From NCBI GenBank assembly GCA_008632985.1, contig QPGO01000247.1, forward strand, positions 1-64,000: a stretch of DNA of 64,000 bases, read 5' to 3'. The stretch is from Psammoneis japonica (lineage: Eukaryota). Position numbers and translations under genes: made by a program. A model generated the notes under the pieces. That model was not told where the DNA came from, made no database searches, and saw only the letters and a program-made list of their open reading frames with translations. This document shows, piece after piece, positions 62,900 through 64,000 of the stretch. Each line of letters starts with the position of its first letter. The first letter of the stretch is position 1.

Positions 62900-63608
62900 A
62901 TGTCACTGTCACTGATGATTCCAAAGATCGTCGCTCATTCGGCTTGCGTCACCGCCTCGAGTAGCAACTTGGCAGCGCCCTTTGCCACGTCCATATTGGT
63001 ACTGCGCGGTGGAAACAGCAGACTGGGAACCTATAAAGACTTTGACTCCAGTGGTTTTGATTCCATCTATTCTGAGTTTCACAAATTGCCCGAACCCTTT
63101 CGCTACGTGGTGGCCGCGTTTATTGGCAGCGTTGCCTTTTTCTTGATTGATCGAAGCATGTATAAGTACTTGCAATCGAAGCAAGAGATTTTACCAGATC
63201 TTTTACAGAAACATCTTGCCAGTACAGCCTACACGATGTCTTACATGATTGAAATCATTCTTCAACATTGGCTGAATGCTTTTTGTTGGTCCGGTCTCGA
63301 GACAATCTCGACTCGGAAAAAGTATTTTACAACCTTGGCTGAAACATATTCGACGTGAGTACTCCATAAGAGTGAATTGTTATCCTTTATGACATGGCTT
63401 TGTTCTTCTCAAGATTCGTTCCGCCAACCTTTTTCTTTGTAACTTTTACAGATACTTTCTTTCAATCGTATTGTCGGTTGGTCTCAACATGGTCCTTATT
63501 CAGAGTGGCATTCACAAGGATGTCGCGTTTGTCTGTACGCTCGCTGGACTCTCAATTGTAAATTATGTTGTCCTCAAGTGGATACTGATCCCTGATAAAA
63601 CAAAGTAG
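62900..63608 (+). CDS. Two-exon multi-pass membrane protein, GtrA-like; intron 63355-63451
   Basis: GTGAGT donor and ttttacAG acceptor; splicing gives an open exon 2 (YFLSIVLSVGLNMVL...VNYVVLKWILIPDKTK*); four hydrophobic segments; LRGG motif; normal Tyr content. Confidence 0.85.
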
Positions 63609-64000
63609 CAAAGGAGAGTACTCCGTGGAGTTTTGTTGGAGATGAGCACGTCATTTTGATAAAGTAGGGACGAGATTACAAGAGGGCGCGGCCTTTTGCC
63701 CGGAGAAGTCAGCGATGCTTTCCATCTTCACAGTTTTTCAAGTGACAAGTGCAACGGGCAAGGTACAAGCGAAAAACTGCACGAACCAGATAGATCGTAA
63801 CGGAGAATCTTGCCCCCCCTCGCGCTTTTCTGAAATGCAATTGTAATGACTTTGTCGGTGACTGAAGAGACTGTACTTTCTAAAGACTCTGTCTCGTCAA
63901 AATAATGCTTAGGCGAGCACAAAGTGACTGCTTGTGTCTGTCAGCCTCGTCTATCCGTTCTGCCCAGAGCCAGTGGCAGATTCTGTTCATTTTTTTGGAC

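Noticed and set aside
63640..64000. Possible further gene at the right edge
   Set aside because: Composition is normal but no convincing frame or motif is visible in the available sequence

Overview
Eukaryotic window, most likely from a diatom (inferred from CoDi-type Copia elements, short GT-AG introns and RxL-type proproteins). It is a ~62 kb island of nested transposons with a few intact host genes: a gene start at 1-212 (-), two paralogous secreted 2OG-Fe(II)-oxygenase-like genes plus a pseudogene, and a GtrA-like membrane protein gene at 62.9-63.6 kb. The island holds decayed CRE-like LINEs, a CoDi Copia, a Gypsy, a WDR75 pseudogene, three MITEs with 4-bp TSDs, a Harbinger-like element, an exonuclease-fused putative transposase, a near-complete Ngaro/DIRS tyrosine-recombinase retroelement with a nested full-length Copia, and a second full-length Copia. 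The main observation is a repeat-restricted, strand-symmetric TpA->TpG/CpA (A:T->G:C) hypermutation, opposite in direction to fungal RIP. Conserved Tyr residues in the TE proteins read Cys or His, and LTR pairs, a TSD and paralogous repeat copies differ at TpA sites. Host genes are spared. In the younger elements the process appears to run ahead of CpG decay. It also removes TAA/TAG stops, so most of the ORF track is spurious. All counts were made by eye, and boundaries of decayed elements are approximate.
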